A stretch of DNA of 64,000 bases from an uncultured Faecalibaculum sp. (lineage in GTDB: Bacteria; Bacillota_I; Bacilli_A; Erysipelotrichales; Erysipelotrichaceae). Numbering within the stretch: position 1 is the stretch's first letter; each line of letters starts with the position of its first letter. The stretch spans positions 18,088 to 82,087 of the forward strand of contig NZ_CAJUPA010000004.1 of the NCBI RefSeq assembly GCF_910588395.1, in the 5' to 3' direction. The notes under the pieces are model-generated. The model made no database searches, had not been told where the DNA came from, and saw only the letters and a program-made list of their open reading frames with translations. Shown piece by piece: positions 49,167 to 59,501 of the stretch. Both the position numbers and the translations under genes were made by a program.

Positions 49167-51725
49167 ATGATACTGGACGCCACCATCAGCGGAATGAACA
49201 TACAGCTGCTTCATGAAGAGCAGGCAAAGAAAAAAGCAGCGGAAAAACCGCTGGTCCAGGCCTGGCACAAATCCGACGGTGCCTTTCTCGCAAGACTGGC
49301 ACTGGTGCAGGACAAGCCCCAGTCTACGGACATGAAACTGCTCATGGACCTGGCCCGTCAGTTCCTGCAGGTCATGTCCGAAGACATCCATCTGCGGGAA
49401 AAGAAACGGCACATGGTCATCCTCCGGGAAGAACGGGCGGCTCAGATCGGCGAACAGCTGGATGACGGGATCCATTCCCGGTTCCTGTATCCCGGACATC
49501 TGCAAAGTCTGTTCCAGGACTTCTCCCAGGCCATTCAGATGCATGCCAACCGCTCGAAATCCCGGAGCCTCCTTCAGCTGCTCCGGGACCGGAATCTGAC
49601 CACGATCCGCAACCAGATCTATTTCTTCCTGGCGGACAACCCGGAGGACGAAGACTATCCCTTTGTATTTGTGGCCCTGGTTCCGGTGACAGAAGGCGGA
49701 CGCATTGTCTGGAAAAACCTGAAAACCTGGATGAATCAGGCCAGGAATCAGGACACGCAGCACTTTACCCTGTACCCGCTCCATCAGCTCATGGCCGACA
49801 GCGAATTTCTGCGGCGGCTCGTGGGCACCCGCCTGATCCACCATCCCCTGCGGATCACCGAAGAGGAAGCCTTCGATTTCGTCTCCCAGGTGGAATCCTT
49901 TCAGAACGCCGGCATTGTGTGCATTCTGCCGGTGTGGATGAGAAATGACCGGCTGCAGATCCGGTTTGAATGGAGCCAGGGGCAGGGTCTGATCAACGAA
50001 ACCTCTCTGTCCCAGTACAAACCGCAGATGGTCTATCACGGCCAGCCCATCACAGAGGCGGAAGCCGAAGCGCTGCTGGCCGGAACCGAAGGACTGCGCC
50101 GGCTCAACGGCCGCTGGCTCAATGCCAGCCACAGTCAGCTGACCCGGCTGGTGAATCAGTTCCGGAAAGCCCGGGAAGCCGGCACCTCCCTGATGTCCCT
50201 CATGCAGCTGCAAAGCGAAGAACGGGACATGACCGATCAGGAAGAAGCGCTCCCGGAGCTGGAGATCTCCTATCAGGACTGGCTGAACGCCCGCTACGGC
50301 CTGGGACAGGACATCCACGCCAACGAACTGCCTTCTGCCTTTGACTCCATCCTGCGTCCCTATCAGAAACAGGCTTACCAGTGGCTGGACATCATGCGGC
50401 AGCACAAACTCGGCGTGGTTCTGGCTGACGACATGGGTCTGGGAAAAACCGTGGAAGTGCTCTCCATGCTGGAGCGCCTGCGGCTGGACGGCGCAAAACG
50501 CATTCTGGTGGTGGTTCCCGCCACCCTGGTGGGCAACTGGATGGCGGAAATCCGCAAATTCTCTCCCTGGATGTCCGTCTTTCATCTGGAAGGCAAAAAA
50601 GAACCCGCCAAAGAAGAACCCGCCTTCATCACCCTGGTCACCTATCAGAAGGCCCGCCAGTCCGATTACCTGGAATCCGTGCACTGGGACGCGGTGATTC
50701 TGGACGAAGCCCAGGCCATCAAGAATCCTTCCTCCGCCCAGACCCGGAAAGTCAAGCTCCTGAAATCGGACTTCAAACTGGCGCTCACCGGCACACCCAT
50801 CGAGAACAACCTCACCGAGCTCTGGTCCATCTTTGACTTCATCAACCCCGGTCTGCTGGGAACAAAGGAGGAATTCTCCCTGTTCCGGGCAGCGGATGCC
50901 GAAAGCCTGGACCGGCTGAAATCCGTCATCACACCCTTTGTCATGCGGCGCATGAAAACCGACAAATCCATTATCCAGGACCTGCCGGAGAAAAACGAAA
51001 TCGACGTGACCATCAACCTCTCCCGGGAACAGATCGTCCTGTACCGGGATCAGGTCAACCGGCTGAATGAACTCATGCGCGAGACACCGCCAGCCAAACG
51101 GAAATTTCTGATTCTGTCCGCCATCACCCGCCTCAAGCAGATCTGCAACCACCCGGCGCAGTTTCTGAAATCCGGACCCTGGACCATCAGCCGGTCCGGC
51201 AAATTCGAAGCCCTGCGGGACATCGCCCAGACCATCCACGAAAACAGCGAGCGGGTCATTGTCTTCACCCAGTTTGCCCAGATCATCCCCGCCCTGGACG
51301 AACTGCTGCACAGCGTCTTCAAAGCCCCCGGCGCCACCATTGACGGATCCACCCCCGCCAAACAGCGGATGCAGACTGTCGAGGCGTTCCAGGCCGGGAA
51401 GCTCCCCTATCTGGTGCTCTCCCTGAAAGCCGCCGGTGTGGGACTCAACCTGACCGAAGCCCGCAACGTGATCCACTTCGACCGCTGGTGGAACCCCGCT
51501 GTGGAAAACCAGGCCAGTGACCGGGCCTACCGCATCGGACAGCGCAACGACGTCACTGTGTACAAGTTTGTTGCCGCTGATACCATTGAAGAAGTGATTT
51601 CCCGGATGCTCTCCGGCAAACAGCAGCTGGCAGATCAGGTCATCAACGACCTGGACTCCGAAAACCTCGGCGAGCTCTCCGCAGATGCCCTGCTCCAGGC
51701 AATACAGTGGCGGGGACTGAATTGA
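49167..51725 (+). CDS. SNF2/SWI2 family helicase (YwqA-like)
   Basis: LRPYQ, LADDMGLGKT, DEAQ, LTGTPIEN, SLKAAGVGLNL, WWNPAVENQASDRAYRIGQ; GGGAGG RBS. Confidence 0.95.
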   Translation: MILDATISGMNIQLLHEEQAKKKAAEKPLVQAWHKSDGAFLARLALVQDKPQSTDMKLLMDLARQFLQVMSEDIHLREKKRHMVILREERAAQIGEQLDDGIHSRFLYPGHLQSLFQDFSQAIQMHANRSKSRSLLQLLRDRNLTTIRNQIYFFLADNPEDEDYPFVFVALVPVTEGGRIVWKNLKTWMNQARNQDTQHFTLYPLHQLMADSEFLRRLVGTRLIHHPLRITEEEAFDFVSQVESFQNAGIVCILPVWMRNDRLQIRFEWSQGQGLINETSLSQYKPQMVYHGQPITEAEAEALLAGTEGLRRLNGRWLNASHSQLTRLVNQFRKAREAGTSLMSLMQLQSEERDMTDQEEALPELEISYQDWLNARYGLGQDIHANELPSAFDSILRPYQKQAYQWLDIMRQHKLGVVLADDMGLGKTVEVLSMLERLRLDGAKRILVVVPATLVGNWMAEIRKFSPWMSVFHLEGKKEPAKEEPAFITLVTYQKARQSDYLESVHWDAVILDEAQAIKNPSSAQTRKVKLLKSDFKLALTGTPIENNLTELWSIFDFINPGLLGTKEEFSLFRAADAESLDRLKSVITPFVMRRMKTDKSIIQDLPEKNEIDVTINLSREQIVLYRDQVNRLNELMRETPPAKRKFLILSAITRLKQICNHPAQFLKSGPWTISRSGKFEALRDIAQTIHENSERVIVFTQFAQIIPALDELLHSVFKAPGATIDGSTPAKQRMQTVEAFQAGKLPYLVLSLKAAGVGLNLTEARNVIHFDRWWNPAVENQASDRAYRIGQRNDVTVYKFVAADTIEEVISRMLSGKQQLADQVINDLDSENLGELSADALLQAIQWRGLN

Positions 51726-51836
51726 GGACAGCGGCAGTCTGTCACCCGGCGGGCGGAACCAGCCACCCAAACAGAGATATCACAAACCGGGAGATTACAA
51801 ACCGGAATATCACAAGCAGGAATATAAAGAAGAGGT

Positions 51837-52739
51837 ATGTTCATGGACGGACAGTATATGCAGATCATCCGGAGTTACGCCCGAAAACTCCAGGCCGGTC
51901 ATTATTTTGAACCGGATCAAATCAGACAGGGACTAAACGTCCTGCAGCAGCTGAATGATTTTCCCGACGTCTTCCCCCACCCCCGCGAGATCGATCTCTA
52001 TTTTCAGAATGTCGATCCGGACGCGGAAGAATCAGAGGACTTTTACAGCTGGTACCGGCCTCCGTATATCGCCATCAGTCTTTCCGGAAGCGACCTGGAC
52101 GACCGGCAGGAAGACTGGATCAGACAGCACATCAGTCTCTTTGACTTCTCCCGCCCCCTGCGCAAAAACCAGGCCATTGAAATCGCGCTGAACACGCTGA
52201 TCACCCTTAACGCCTCCTGCCCCAAGGACGCCTTCACCCCCTATGCCATCGCTGCCCTGCTTCTCGTGCCCGTCCTTCTCATCCAGCATCCCCAGGATAT
52301 GCTGGCCATTGCCGGTCTGGACCAGGAAAAGCTGGACCTGTTCCGGGGAATCGAACCGCTGTCCATGTCCTACTTCCGCAGCCACCACCTCCCCGGCACC
52401 GGGAAAGCCCGGGTAGAATACGCCGCCGGTTTGCAGGACAGAGCCATGACCTGGGACCAGGTCAAAGACCTGCTGGATCTGGACACAGACACCCGGATCA
52501 CGTTTCCTTCCATCAGTGCCACCCTCAAACAGCTGAATGCGGCAAACAAGGCGCAGCCCAAAGCAGATGAGCAGTATGTCATTTTCCAGTACGACACCAA
52601 AGGCAGACTCATCGCCCGCTACGACACCGAGGAAGCCGCCAGAGAGAAACTGGGGCCCGGATCGGAATCTCTTCCCCTGGAACCGGATCATGTTTACAAG
52701 TGGCAGAAAACCCGGGTTGTCAAACGCAGACGGCACTGA
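51837..52739 (+). CDS. Hypothetical protein with a C-terminal NUMOD1-like motif
   Basis: 300-aa ORF; VIFQYDTKGRLIARYDTEEAAREKLG; true start may be a few codons downstream. Confidence 0.7.
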   Translation: MFMDGQYMQIIRSYARKLQAGHYFEPDQIRQGLNVLQQLNDFPDVFPHPREIDLYFQNVDPDAEESEDFYSWYRPPYIAISLSGSDLDDRQEDWIRQHISLFDFSRPLRKNQAIEIALNTLITLNASCPKDAFTPYAIAALLLVPVLLIQHPQDMLAIAGLDQEKLDLFRGIEPLSMSYFRSHHLPGTGKARVEYAAGLQDRAMTWDQVKDLLDLDTDTRITFPSISATLKQLNAANKAQPKADEQYVIFQYDTKGRLIARYDTEEAAREKLGPGSESLPLEPDHVYKWQKTRVVKRRRH

Positions 52740-52966
52740 CACTGTACTGCCGATGCGGCGACTGTGCCGCCTGGACAGGGCATCTGTCCGGTGGAAGAGG
52801 TCGGCCTGGCATGAGTTGAAAGTGGCCTGTCGAAAGCCATCAGGTCTTTTTCCGAGCCTGATGACAGAGTGGACAGAATAATAGGGCAAATGACATAGGG
52901 CAGAATAGCTGGCATAACAACACAGTATTCATTGATATTTATCTCATGCTTCGGTATCATGCAAGC

Positions 52967-53032
52967 AGTACACGGGGTTGTCAAATCCATATTGACAGGT
53001 CCACCGAGTGGGGGGAGCATTCCCCTTTTTTT
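52967..53032 (+). ncRNA. Candidate orphan small RNA
   Basis: TTGATA-17-TATCAT promoter, a hairpin, and a GGGGA-GCAT-TCCCC-T7 terminator. Confidence 0.45.
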
Positions 53033-53069
53033 CGTTCACGGTAATCCGAAATCCGGATAGCCGTGAGCG

Positions 53070-53096
53070 AAAAAAAGCACCTGTCGCCAGGTGCCT
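53070..53096 (-). terminator. rplT terminator
   Basis: GCACCTG-GCGA-CAGGTGC followed by T7 on the minus strand. Confidence 0.8.
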
Positions 53097-53109
53097 TTGC
53101 ATTTGATTC

Positions 53110-53472
53110 TTACGCCTTTGCCAGAGCAGCTTTTGCCTCGTCGCAGACTTTTGTGAAGCCTTCAGCGTCGTGGATGGCCATCTCGGACAGCATCTTCCGG
53201 TTGATCTGAATGTCAGCCAGCTTCAGACCGTGCATCAGCTTGTTGTAACTCATGTCGTTCATGCGGGCAGCGGCGTTGATACGCGCGATCCAGATCTTGC
53301 GCATGTTGCCCTTGAGCTTGCGGCGGTCATTGTATGCATACTTGAAGGAATGCATGACCTGCTCATTGGCAGTTTTGTACAGTGTGTGCTTGGAGCCGAA
53401 GTAGCCTTTCGCCAGCTTCAGGACCTTTTTTCTTCTTCTGCGGGATACAGTTCCGCCTTTAACTCTTGCCAT
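53110..53472 (-). CDS. rplT: 50S ribosomal protein L20
   Basis: MARVKGG...LAKGYFG...WIARINAA. Confidence 0.99.
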   Translation of the reverse strand: MARVKGGTVSRRRRKKVLKLAKGYFGSKHTLYKTANEQVMHSFKYAYNDRRKLKGNMRKIWIARINAAARMNDMSYNKLMHGLKLADIQINRKMLSEMAIHDAEGFTKVCDEAKAALAKA

Positions 53473-53490
53473 TTATAATTCCTCCCTTGC

Positions 53491-53685
53491 TTATTTCACC
53501 AGCAGCGACTTGATGCGCTTGTAATCTGTCGGGTTCACCAGTCCGCTCTTGGCCAGGTGACGGCGCTGTTTCTTGGTCTTGCCGTGGAAACGGTGGGATG
53601 TGTATGCGTGGTGACGCTTCAGTTTGCCGGACCCGGTCTTCTTGACCCGCTTGTTCAGTCCGCGGTGGCTCTTCATCTTAGGCAT
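53491..53685 (-). CDS. rpmI: 50S ribosomal protein L35
   Basis: [19 protein letters not shown]. Confidence 0.99.
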   Translation of the reverse strand: MPKMKSHRGLNKRVKKTGSGKLKRHHAYTSHRFHGKTKKQRRHLAKSGLVNPTDYKRIKSLLVK

Positions 53686-54265
53686 TGTCAGTTCCTCCTT
53701 GCTTATCCGTTGTTTTTTTCTTCTTGGGCGCCAGGATCAGGGACATGGTGTTCCCTTCCATGGACGGACGCTTCTCGATCAGATAACCGATTTCTTCATC
53801 CTTCGCCAGCTCATCCAGGAACTGGTTCATGATCTGGCGTCCAACCTCCTGACGTGTCATCATTCGGCCGCGGAACCGCATATCAACTTTGACTTTCATG
53901 CCCGATCCCAGCCATTTTTTCGCCTGCTTCACTTTCGTTTCGAAGTCGTGGGTATCCACAACCGGAGACAGACGGAGAGCTTTCAGTTCGACAGTGTGCT
54001 GCTTGCGTTTTGACTCTTTGGCTTTTTTCTGCTGTTCGAAGTGATAGCGTCCGTAATCGAGAACCTTGCATACCGCTGGACGGGCCTTGGGAGCCACACA
54101 CAGCAGATCCAGGTTCTGACGATAGGCGACTTCCAGCGCCTCCCGCCGGGGCATGACCCCCAGCTGATTTCCATCTGCGTCGATTACGAGTACTTCTCTG
54201 AAGGGAATCTTTTCATTGAACATGTCTGTGTTGACATTGTTCGGGGCAACTCTTCTGTTATTGAT
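53678..54265 (-). CDS. infC: Translation initiation factor IF-3, probable non-canonical ATC start
   Basis: [31 protein letters not shown] lies 7 nt before an in-frame ATC. Confidence 0.93.
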   Translation of the reverse strand: MNNRRVAPNNVNTDMFNEKIPFREVLVIDADGNQLGVMPRREALEVAYRQNLDLLCVAPKARPAVCKVLDYGRYHFEQQKKAKESKRKQHTVELKALRLSPVVDTHDFETKVKQAKKWLGSGMKVKVDMRFRGRMMTRQEVGRQIMNQFLDELAKDEEIGYLIEKRPSMEGNTMSLILAPKKKKTTDKQGGTDNA

Positions 54266-54286
54266 ATCCGATACCTGCCTTTCATT

Positions 54287-54392
54287 AAAAAAAACGGGCA
54301 CACGAAGGCACCCTGTTATTGCAAAATCACATTGATCTGGCATTGACCCATGCGCCTAACGCATCAGGTGAGAAGGGGTGCTTCTGTCTTTC
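54287..54392 (-). ncRNA. L20 leader (ribosomal protein attenuator)
   Basis: AGAAGCACCCCTTCTCACCTG...CAGGGTGCC..GTGCCCG-T8 upstream of infC. Confidence 0.85.
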
Positions 54393-54601
54393 CATTTCTT
54401 TACCTGTACAGTCTACCCCATTCAAAGGCTGATGTAAAGCGGTTCTCCTCTGCATTTCAGCCGGTTTTGTCTCCCTCCGCGACATGAAGTCTCCGTCTTT
54501 CAGAACAAAGTCTCCGCCTTGTCTGCACCGGCACCCCTCATGTCTGTACCCCTGGCCGGCAACCCGCCTGCACCGGAATCAGAATCAGCTCCAGTCCGGA
54601 T

Positions 54602-56395
54602 TCACCGCACCTCTTCCTGCTCCCGGATCACCGCCATGATCCGGCTCACCAGCTCCGTGCGACGGAACGGCATCATGATGTACCAGCCGTCACAATACGG
54701 TGCTGCCTCACGAATCACATCCCGACAGATCCGCACAGCCAGATCCTCTGCCTCCTGCCGTGATCTGGCCGCATACAGCCCCGGGATCCGGTCATCCAGC
54801 TCGATTCCCGTGACTTCATTCTGCAGATACAGCGCGTTGCGCTCGCTGATCACCGGAAAGATTCCCGCCAGGATCCGGCAGTCCAGCTCATGATGCGCCC
54901 GCTTCAGATTCTCCAGCCCCCGGGCAGACAGCACCGGCTGCGTCAGCAGCGCCTGCACCCCATTGGCGATTTTCTCCTTCGCCAGCCGCAGCTGCACATC
55001 GAAATTCGGCGCATTCACATTCAGCGCCCCCGCCACGCACACCGGATGGGTCAGCACAGTCTCATTCAGCACCTGAATGTAGCCCGCCAGGCGCCGCGAA
55101 TTGAAATTGTACACCTGGCGCACCTCGCTGCGGTCCTCTTCGCATACCGGATCTCCTGTCACCACCAGACACTGATGGACACCGAATACCGACAGCCCCG
55201 TGATCAGACTCCGGATCGCATTCCGGTTCTTGTCCCGGCAGGCAATGTGCGGCAGCACCAGAATGTCCTCTTCCCGGGCCGCCAGCGCCGCCAGCATGCA
55301 GGAATCCGCCTTGGGGCGTCCCACCGGATTGTCCGATATCGTGATCACATCCGCTCCCGCCTGCCGCAGCCGCTTCACCGCCGCCAGCCAGGGCATCACG
55401 TCATCATTCGCCGGGGGATCCGCTTCCACCAGCACCGGTTTTCCTTTCTCAAACAGCGCCATGAAGGCATTGTCTTCCCGCTTTCCGGCCACAGTCTCCG
55501 AAGACCCGGACACAGTATCTGACTCAGCCGGTACGGGTCTTTCCGCCAGTCTGCGGGCCAGTGCAGCGATATGCGCCGGGCTTGTGCCGCAGCATCCCCC
55601 CAGAGACACACCCCGGTCCGCCAGCGGCAGAAGCGTCCTGGCAAAATACTCGGGAGATGCCGTAAAGGACATCCGGTTGCCCACCACCGCAGCGCTCCCC
55701 GCATTCGGGCGAATCACCAGTGGCTTTTTCCAGTGCAGAGAAGACACCAGCTTCACCATTCCGGCAGGACCCTGCAGACAGTTCAGCCCCAGAAAATCCG
55801 CATGCTCCGCCGCTTCATCCAGCAGCATCTGCGCCGCCAGCCCGGCTTTGGTCAGCCCGTCTGCCTCCACCGCAAAGCTCACACCGATCTGTGCGCCCGG
55901 ATCCATCCCGCGGATCAGCGCAAACACCGGCAGCAGCGATCCCAACTCCGGCTGGGTCTCGAACAGAAACCGGTTCACCCCGGCTTCCAGGAACCCCCGG
56001 ATCAGCGCACTCCAGTCCGGCTCACACCCGGACTCCGCCGGCCCCAGACCGGCATACAGCGGGACCTGCACACCTGTCTGGTCCATGGCCATCCGGGCAT
56101 TGCGCACTGCAGCCGGCAGGATTTCCCCGGCAGTCAGCGGATCCATCTGCGGCAGGGCGAAGGTGTTGGTCAGCAGCGCCTGCGCCCCGGCCTCCAGATA
56201 CCCCCGGTGGATCTCCTGAATCCTGACAGGATCCGTCACATTCGCCAGCTCCACCTGATTGCTGGGCTCCTGAGACACCCGGGCATACCAGGTCCCCATG
56301 GCGCCGTCAAACAGCGTTGGCAGCACGGACCTCGTCTCCGGCCGCTTCTCTGCCCCCGGTCCCGTTTCCCGTCCGCTCTCTGTCATTCTGCTCAT
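54602..56395 (-). CDS. Bifunctional homocysteine S-methyltransferase/5,10-methylenetetrahydrofolate reductase (YitJ-like)
   Basis: FDGAMGT, GLNC, PNAG, GGCCGT, then EADPP, DNPVGRP, PHIACRDKN, VTGDP, TQPV. Confidence 0.92.
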   Translation of the reverse strand: MSRMTESGRETGPGAEKRPETRSVLPTLFDGAMGTWYARVSQEPSNQVELANVTDPVRIQEIHRGYLEAGAQALLTNTFALPQMDPLTAGEILPAAVRNARMAMDQTGVQVPLYAGLGPAESGCEPDWSALIRGFLEAGVNRFLFETQPELGSLLPVFALIRGMDPGAQIGVSFAVEADGLTKAGLAAQMLLDEAAEHADFLGLNCLQGPAGMVKLVSSLHWKKPLVIRPNAGSAAVVGNRMSFTASPEYFARTLLPLADRGVSLGGCCGTSPAHIAALARRLAERPVPAESDTVSGSSETVAGKREDNAFMALFEKGKPVLVEADPPANDDVMPWLAAVKRLRQAGADVITISDNPVGRPKADSCMLAALAAREEDILVLPHIACRDKNRNAIRSLITGLSVFGVHQCLVVTGDPVCEEDRSEVRQVYNFNSRRLAGYIQVLNETVLTHPVCVAGALNVNAPNFDVQLRLAKEKIANGVQALLTQPVLSARGLENLKRAHHELDCRILAGIFPVISERNALYLQNEVTGIELDDRIPGLYAARSRQEAEDLAVRICRDVIREAAPYCDGWYIMMPFRRTELVSRIMAVIREQEEVR

Positions 56396-58776
56396 TGGCC
56401 GAACACCTCCCTGGCCGCCGCGCAGTCCGCCATGGCATCCGCGCAATAGTAATCCGCTCCAATGCTCTCGGCATACTCCGGTGTCACCACCGCTCCGCCC
56501 ACCATGACCTTCGGGGGATTCGGCAGCGCCTTGAGCTGTTTCACCGTTTCTTCCATCGCCGGCAGCGTCGTGGTCATCAGAGCCGAGAGTCCCACCAGAC
56601 GGATATCCTTCTCTTTCACCGTCTGAACGATCACCGCCGGATCCACATCCCGGCCCAGATCCAGCACCTGATAGCCATAGGTTTCCAGAATCGTCGAAGC
56701 GATGTTCTTTCCGATATCGTGGATATCCCCTTTGACTGTCGCCATCACGATCGTTCCCCGGTTCACCTGCGACCCGCCGCTTTGCGCATTCTTCATCCGG
56801 ATCTCTTCGAACACCGACTGCGCCGCCGACGCCGCCTGGAGCAGTTGCGGCAGGAAAATCACGCCGGTTTCGTAATCCTTCCCCACCTGATCCAGCGCCG
56901 GAATCAGTTCCTCTTCCGTCAGCGCCAGCGAATCCCGGGTTTTCAGATAGTCCCGGGCCAGTGCCGCTGCTTCGTCCTTCAGACCTTTCTGAATCGCCTG
57001 AGACAGCGGTGTGCCATTGGATCCTGCATCGGATTTCACCGGTTTTGTCACCGGGGAATTTCCGCCCATCTCATGGGGACTGCTGTCGATGAATGCCCGG
57101 GCGTTCGCGTCCTGACCATTCAGCACCATGAAGGCATCCAGGGCGCCGCGAATCTGCGGGTTGTTCACGTTGACAATGGGCAGCCGCATGCCGGCTGTCA
57201 TGGCCATGGTCAGGAAGGTGGCAGTCAGCAGGCCTCTGTCCGGGAGTCCGAAGGAGATATTGGAAACACCCAGGGTGGTCTGAATCCCCCGGTCACTCAA
57301 AGTCCGGATGGCCTTCAGGGTTTCCATAGCCTGTTCCTGCTGGGCGGAGACTGTCAGAGAGAGACAGTCGATCCATACATCTTCCCGGGCAATGCCCGCC
57401 TCTTCACAGGCTTTCAGAATCTTCTCTGCATTCTCCAGCCGTTTTTCCGCGGTTTTGGGAATGCCCTCTTCGTCCAGAGCCAGACCCACCACGCTGGCAC
57501 CGTAGCGTTTCACCAAAGGAAGCACCGCCTTCAGTTTTTCCTGTTCCGCCGAAACCGAGTTCACCGAAGGTTTGCCGTTGTAGACCCGCAGTGCGGCTTC
57601 CAGGGCCGCGGGATTGCTGGAGTCCAGCTGCAGGGGCACATCCACCACGCTCTGGATCCGTTTCACAGCTTCCGGCAGAAGCGCAGTTTCATCAATCCCC
57701 GGCGCGCCTACGTTTAGATCCAGAATGGCGGCACCGGCTTCCACCTGTTCCAGTGCCTGAGAGATGAGATAGGCGAAGTCCCGGTCTTTCAGTGCCTGCT
57801 GAAAGCGTTTCTTCCCCGTGGGATTCAGCCGCTCTCCAATGGGGCACACCTTGTCTGCGGTCACCGACTGCAGCGCCGAACAGACAACGCTTTTCGGCTC
57901 GCAGGGAATGCGGTCCGGCTGCAGATCCGTCACCGCCGCTTTCAGCGCCTGGATGGTTTCCGGGGTGGTGCCGCAGCAGCCTCCTGCCACTGTGACCCCT
58001 GCTTCCAGTGCCGGCAGCAGGTCCTGGACAAACTGCGCATCCGAGAGTGAATAGGACCCGTCCCGGGGATCCGGCAAGCCGGCATTGGGTTTGGCCGCCA
58101 CGGGCAGGTGGGTATTGGCCAGCACTTCCTTCAGCAGCGGGACCAGCGTATCCGGTCCGGCAGAGCAGTTGATCCCCAGACAGTCTGCCCCCAGGCCGGT
58201 CATGGTCCGGGCAAAGATTTCCGGGGTGGTGCCGGTGAAGGTGCGTCCATCTTCCTGGAACGTCATGGAGACCAGAACCGGCAGGTCACTGTTTTCCTTC
58301 GCTGCCAGCAGCGCCGCTTTGGTTTCATAGAGATCTGCCATGGTTTCAATGACGATCAGATCCGCAGTCTTCCCTGCTCGGACAATCGCGGCGAATTTGT
58401 CATAGGCGTCCTCAAAGGACAGCGTGCCCAGCGGCTCCAGGAGCTGTCCCAGCGGACCAATGTCCAGGGCGCACAGGCAGTCCGGTGCAGCTGTACGGAC
58501 GTTGTCGATAGCAGCGGCAATGACTTCCTCCAGGGAAAAGCCGGTGTTTTTCAGCTTGTCCGGATTGGCACCGAAGGTGTTGGCATAGACAATGTCGCTG
58601 CCAGCCCGGGCGTAGTCCCGGTGCACTGACTGAACCAGTGCCGGGTCGGTGATGTTCAGCAGTTCGGGAATGGTGCCGGGTTTCATGCCCCGTTTCTGCA
58701 GCATAGTGCCCATGGACCCGTCCAGCAGCAGGATCCGGCCGTTTGAAGAAGCGAAGAGACTGGTTTTATTTTCCAC
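56392..58776 (-). CDS. metH: Cobalamin-dependent methionine synthase core (Hcy, pterin, cap and B12 domains; no activation domain)
   Basis: LDGSMGT, GGCCGTTP, IGERLNPTGKK, GDIHDIGKNI, LSALMTTT; GTG start after AAAGGA. Confidence 0.92.
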   Translation of the reverse strand: MENKTSLFASSNGRILLLDGSMGTMLQKRGMKPGTIPELLNITDPALVQSVHRDYARAGSDIVYANTFGANPDKLKNTGFSLEEVIAAAIDNVRTAAPDCLCALDIGPLGQLLEPLGTLSFEDAYDKFAAIVRAGKTADLIVIETMADLYETKAALLAAKENSDLPVLVSMTFQEDGRTFTGTTPEIFARTMTGLGADCLGINCSAGPDTLVPLLKEVLANTHLPVAAKPNAGLPDPRDGSYSLSDAQFVQDLLPALEAGVTVAGGCCGTTPETIQALKAAVTDLQPDRIPCEPKSVVCSALQSVTADKVCPIGERLNPTGKKRFQQALKDRDFAYLISQALEQVEAGAAILDLNVGAPGIDETALLPEAVKRIQSVVDVPLQLDSSNPAALEAALRVYNGKPSVNSVSAEQEKLKAVLPLVKRYGASVVGLALDEEGIPKTAEKRLENAEKILKACEEAGIAREDVWIDCLSLTVSAQQEQAMETLKAIRTLSDRGIQTTLGVSNISFGLPDRGLLTATFLTMAMTAGMRLPIVNVNNPQIRGALDAFMVLNGQDANARAFIDSSPHEMGGNSPVTKPVKSDAGSNGTPLSQAIQKGLKDEAAALARDYLKTRDSLALTEEELIPALDQVGKDYETGVIFLPQLLQAASAAQSVFEEIRMKNAQSGGSQVNRGTIVMATVKGDIHDIGKNIASTILETYGYQVLDLGRDVDPAVIVQTVKEKDIRLVGLSALMTTTLPAMEETVKQLKALPNPPKVMVGGAVVTPEYAESIGADYYCADAMADCAAAREVFGQ

Positions 58777-59407
58777 AGGTTTGTCCTTTCTTTGCGAGAG
58801 CGCAGGGATAGAGCGTGCACACTTCACAGCCCCGGATGGACTGCGGCTGGGGTGTATCGAAAACACCAGCCATGGCGGTGATGGATTTTTCCGGCACCAT
58901 GAGCAGTGTATCCAGCAGGTGGATGCCCAGACGGCCGGAGAGGTTCAGTTCCCGTTCCATGAACCGCTGCATGGCCAGAGGCAGATCTCCATAGCCGGGA
59001 GAAAACCGGTCGGAGAGATGCCGCCCGAGAGATGTTTCGATCTCCGCCTGCACCCGGTCCAGTTCCTGATCCACAAAAGCAGCGCCCGCTGCGTTGAGAA
59101 AGAGGGACCGGGTCATATCTGTCAGAGCCAGCCGCCTGACATCCCGGTCAAAAGCCGGTCCCAGGGTAATGGCCATGAGGATGATTGCGGAAGCTCCCTG
59201 CAGAAAGCCGGCTGCCATGGTACCAGGCAGGGCTTCCCCGTCTGCCACCGGCATCTCATCCCTCCAGGTCAGAGGCACCTGGCGCCAGGTGGACCGGGGC
59301 GGATAGCGGGATGGCAGTGAATCCAGTATTTCCTGCATCATGGCCCGGGAAGCTGTATCGTTGTGGTCAATGCCCGCGTAGACACAGGCAGTTTCATGCA
59401 TTTTCAT
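58766..59407 (-). CDS. Stand-alone methionine synthase activation domain protein
   Basis: AITLG, RFSPGYGDLPL, LMVPEKSITA, C-terminal GC..C...C.....C. Confidence 0.9.
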   Translation of the reverse strand: MKMHETACVYAGIDHNDTASRAMMQEILDSLPSRYPPRSTWRQVPLTWRDEMPVADGEALPGTMAAGFLQGASAIILMAITLGPAFDRDVRRLALTDMTRSLFLNAAGAAFVDQELDRVQAEIETSLGRHLSDRFSPGYGDLPLAMQRFMERELNLSGRLGIHLLDTLLMVPEKSITAMAGVFDTPQPQSIRGCEVCTLYPCALAKKGQTCGK

Positions 59408-59501
59408 AATGTTTTCATTATACTTCCAAAGCCGCTCCGGAAAAGAAAAAACCGTGAACAGTTCCATGGATATTTTGAGTCGCAGTCCCTATACTAAAGT
59501 C

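Noticed and set aside
54470..54600. Short repeats (AAGTCTCCG x2, GAATCA x2) downstream of the met operon
   Set aside because: Too short and unstructured to separate from chance
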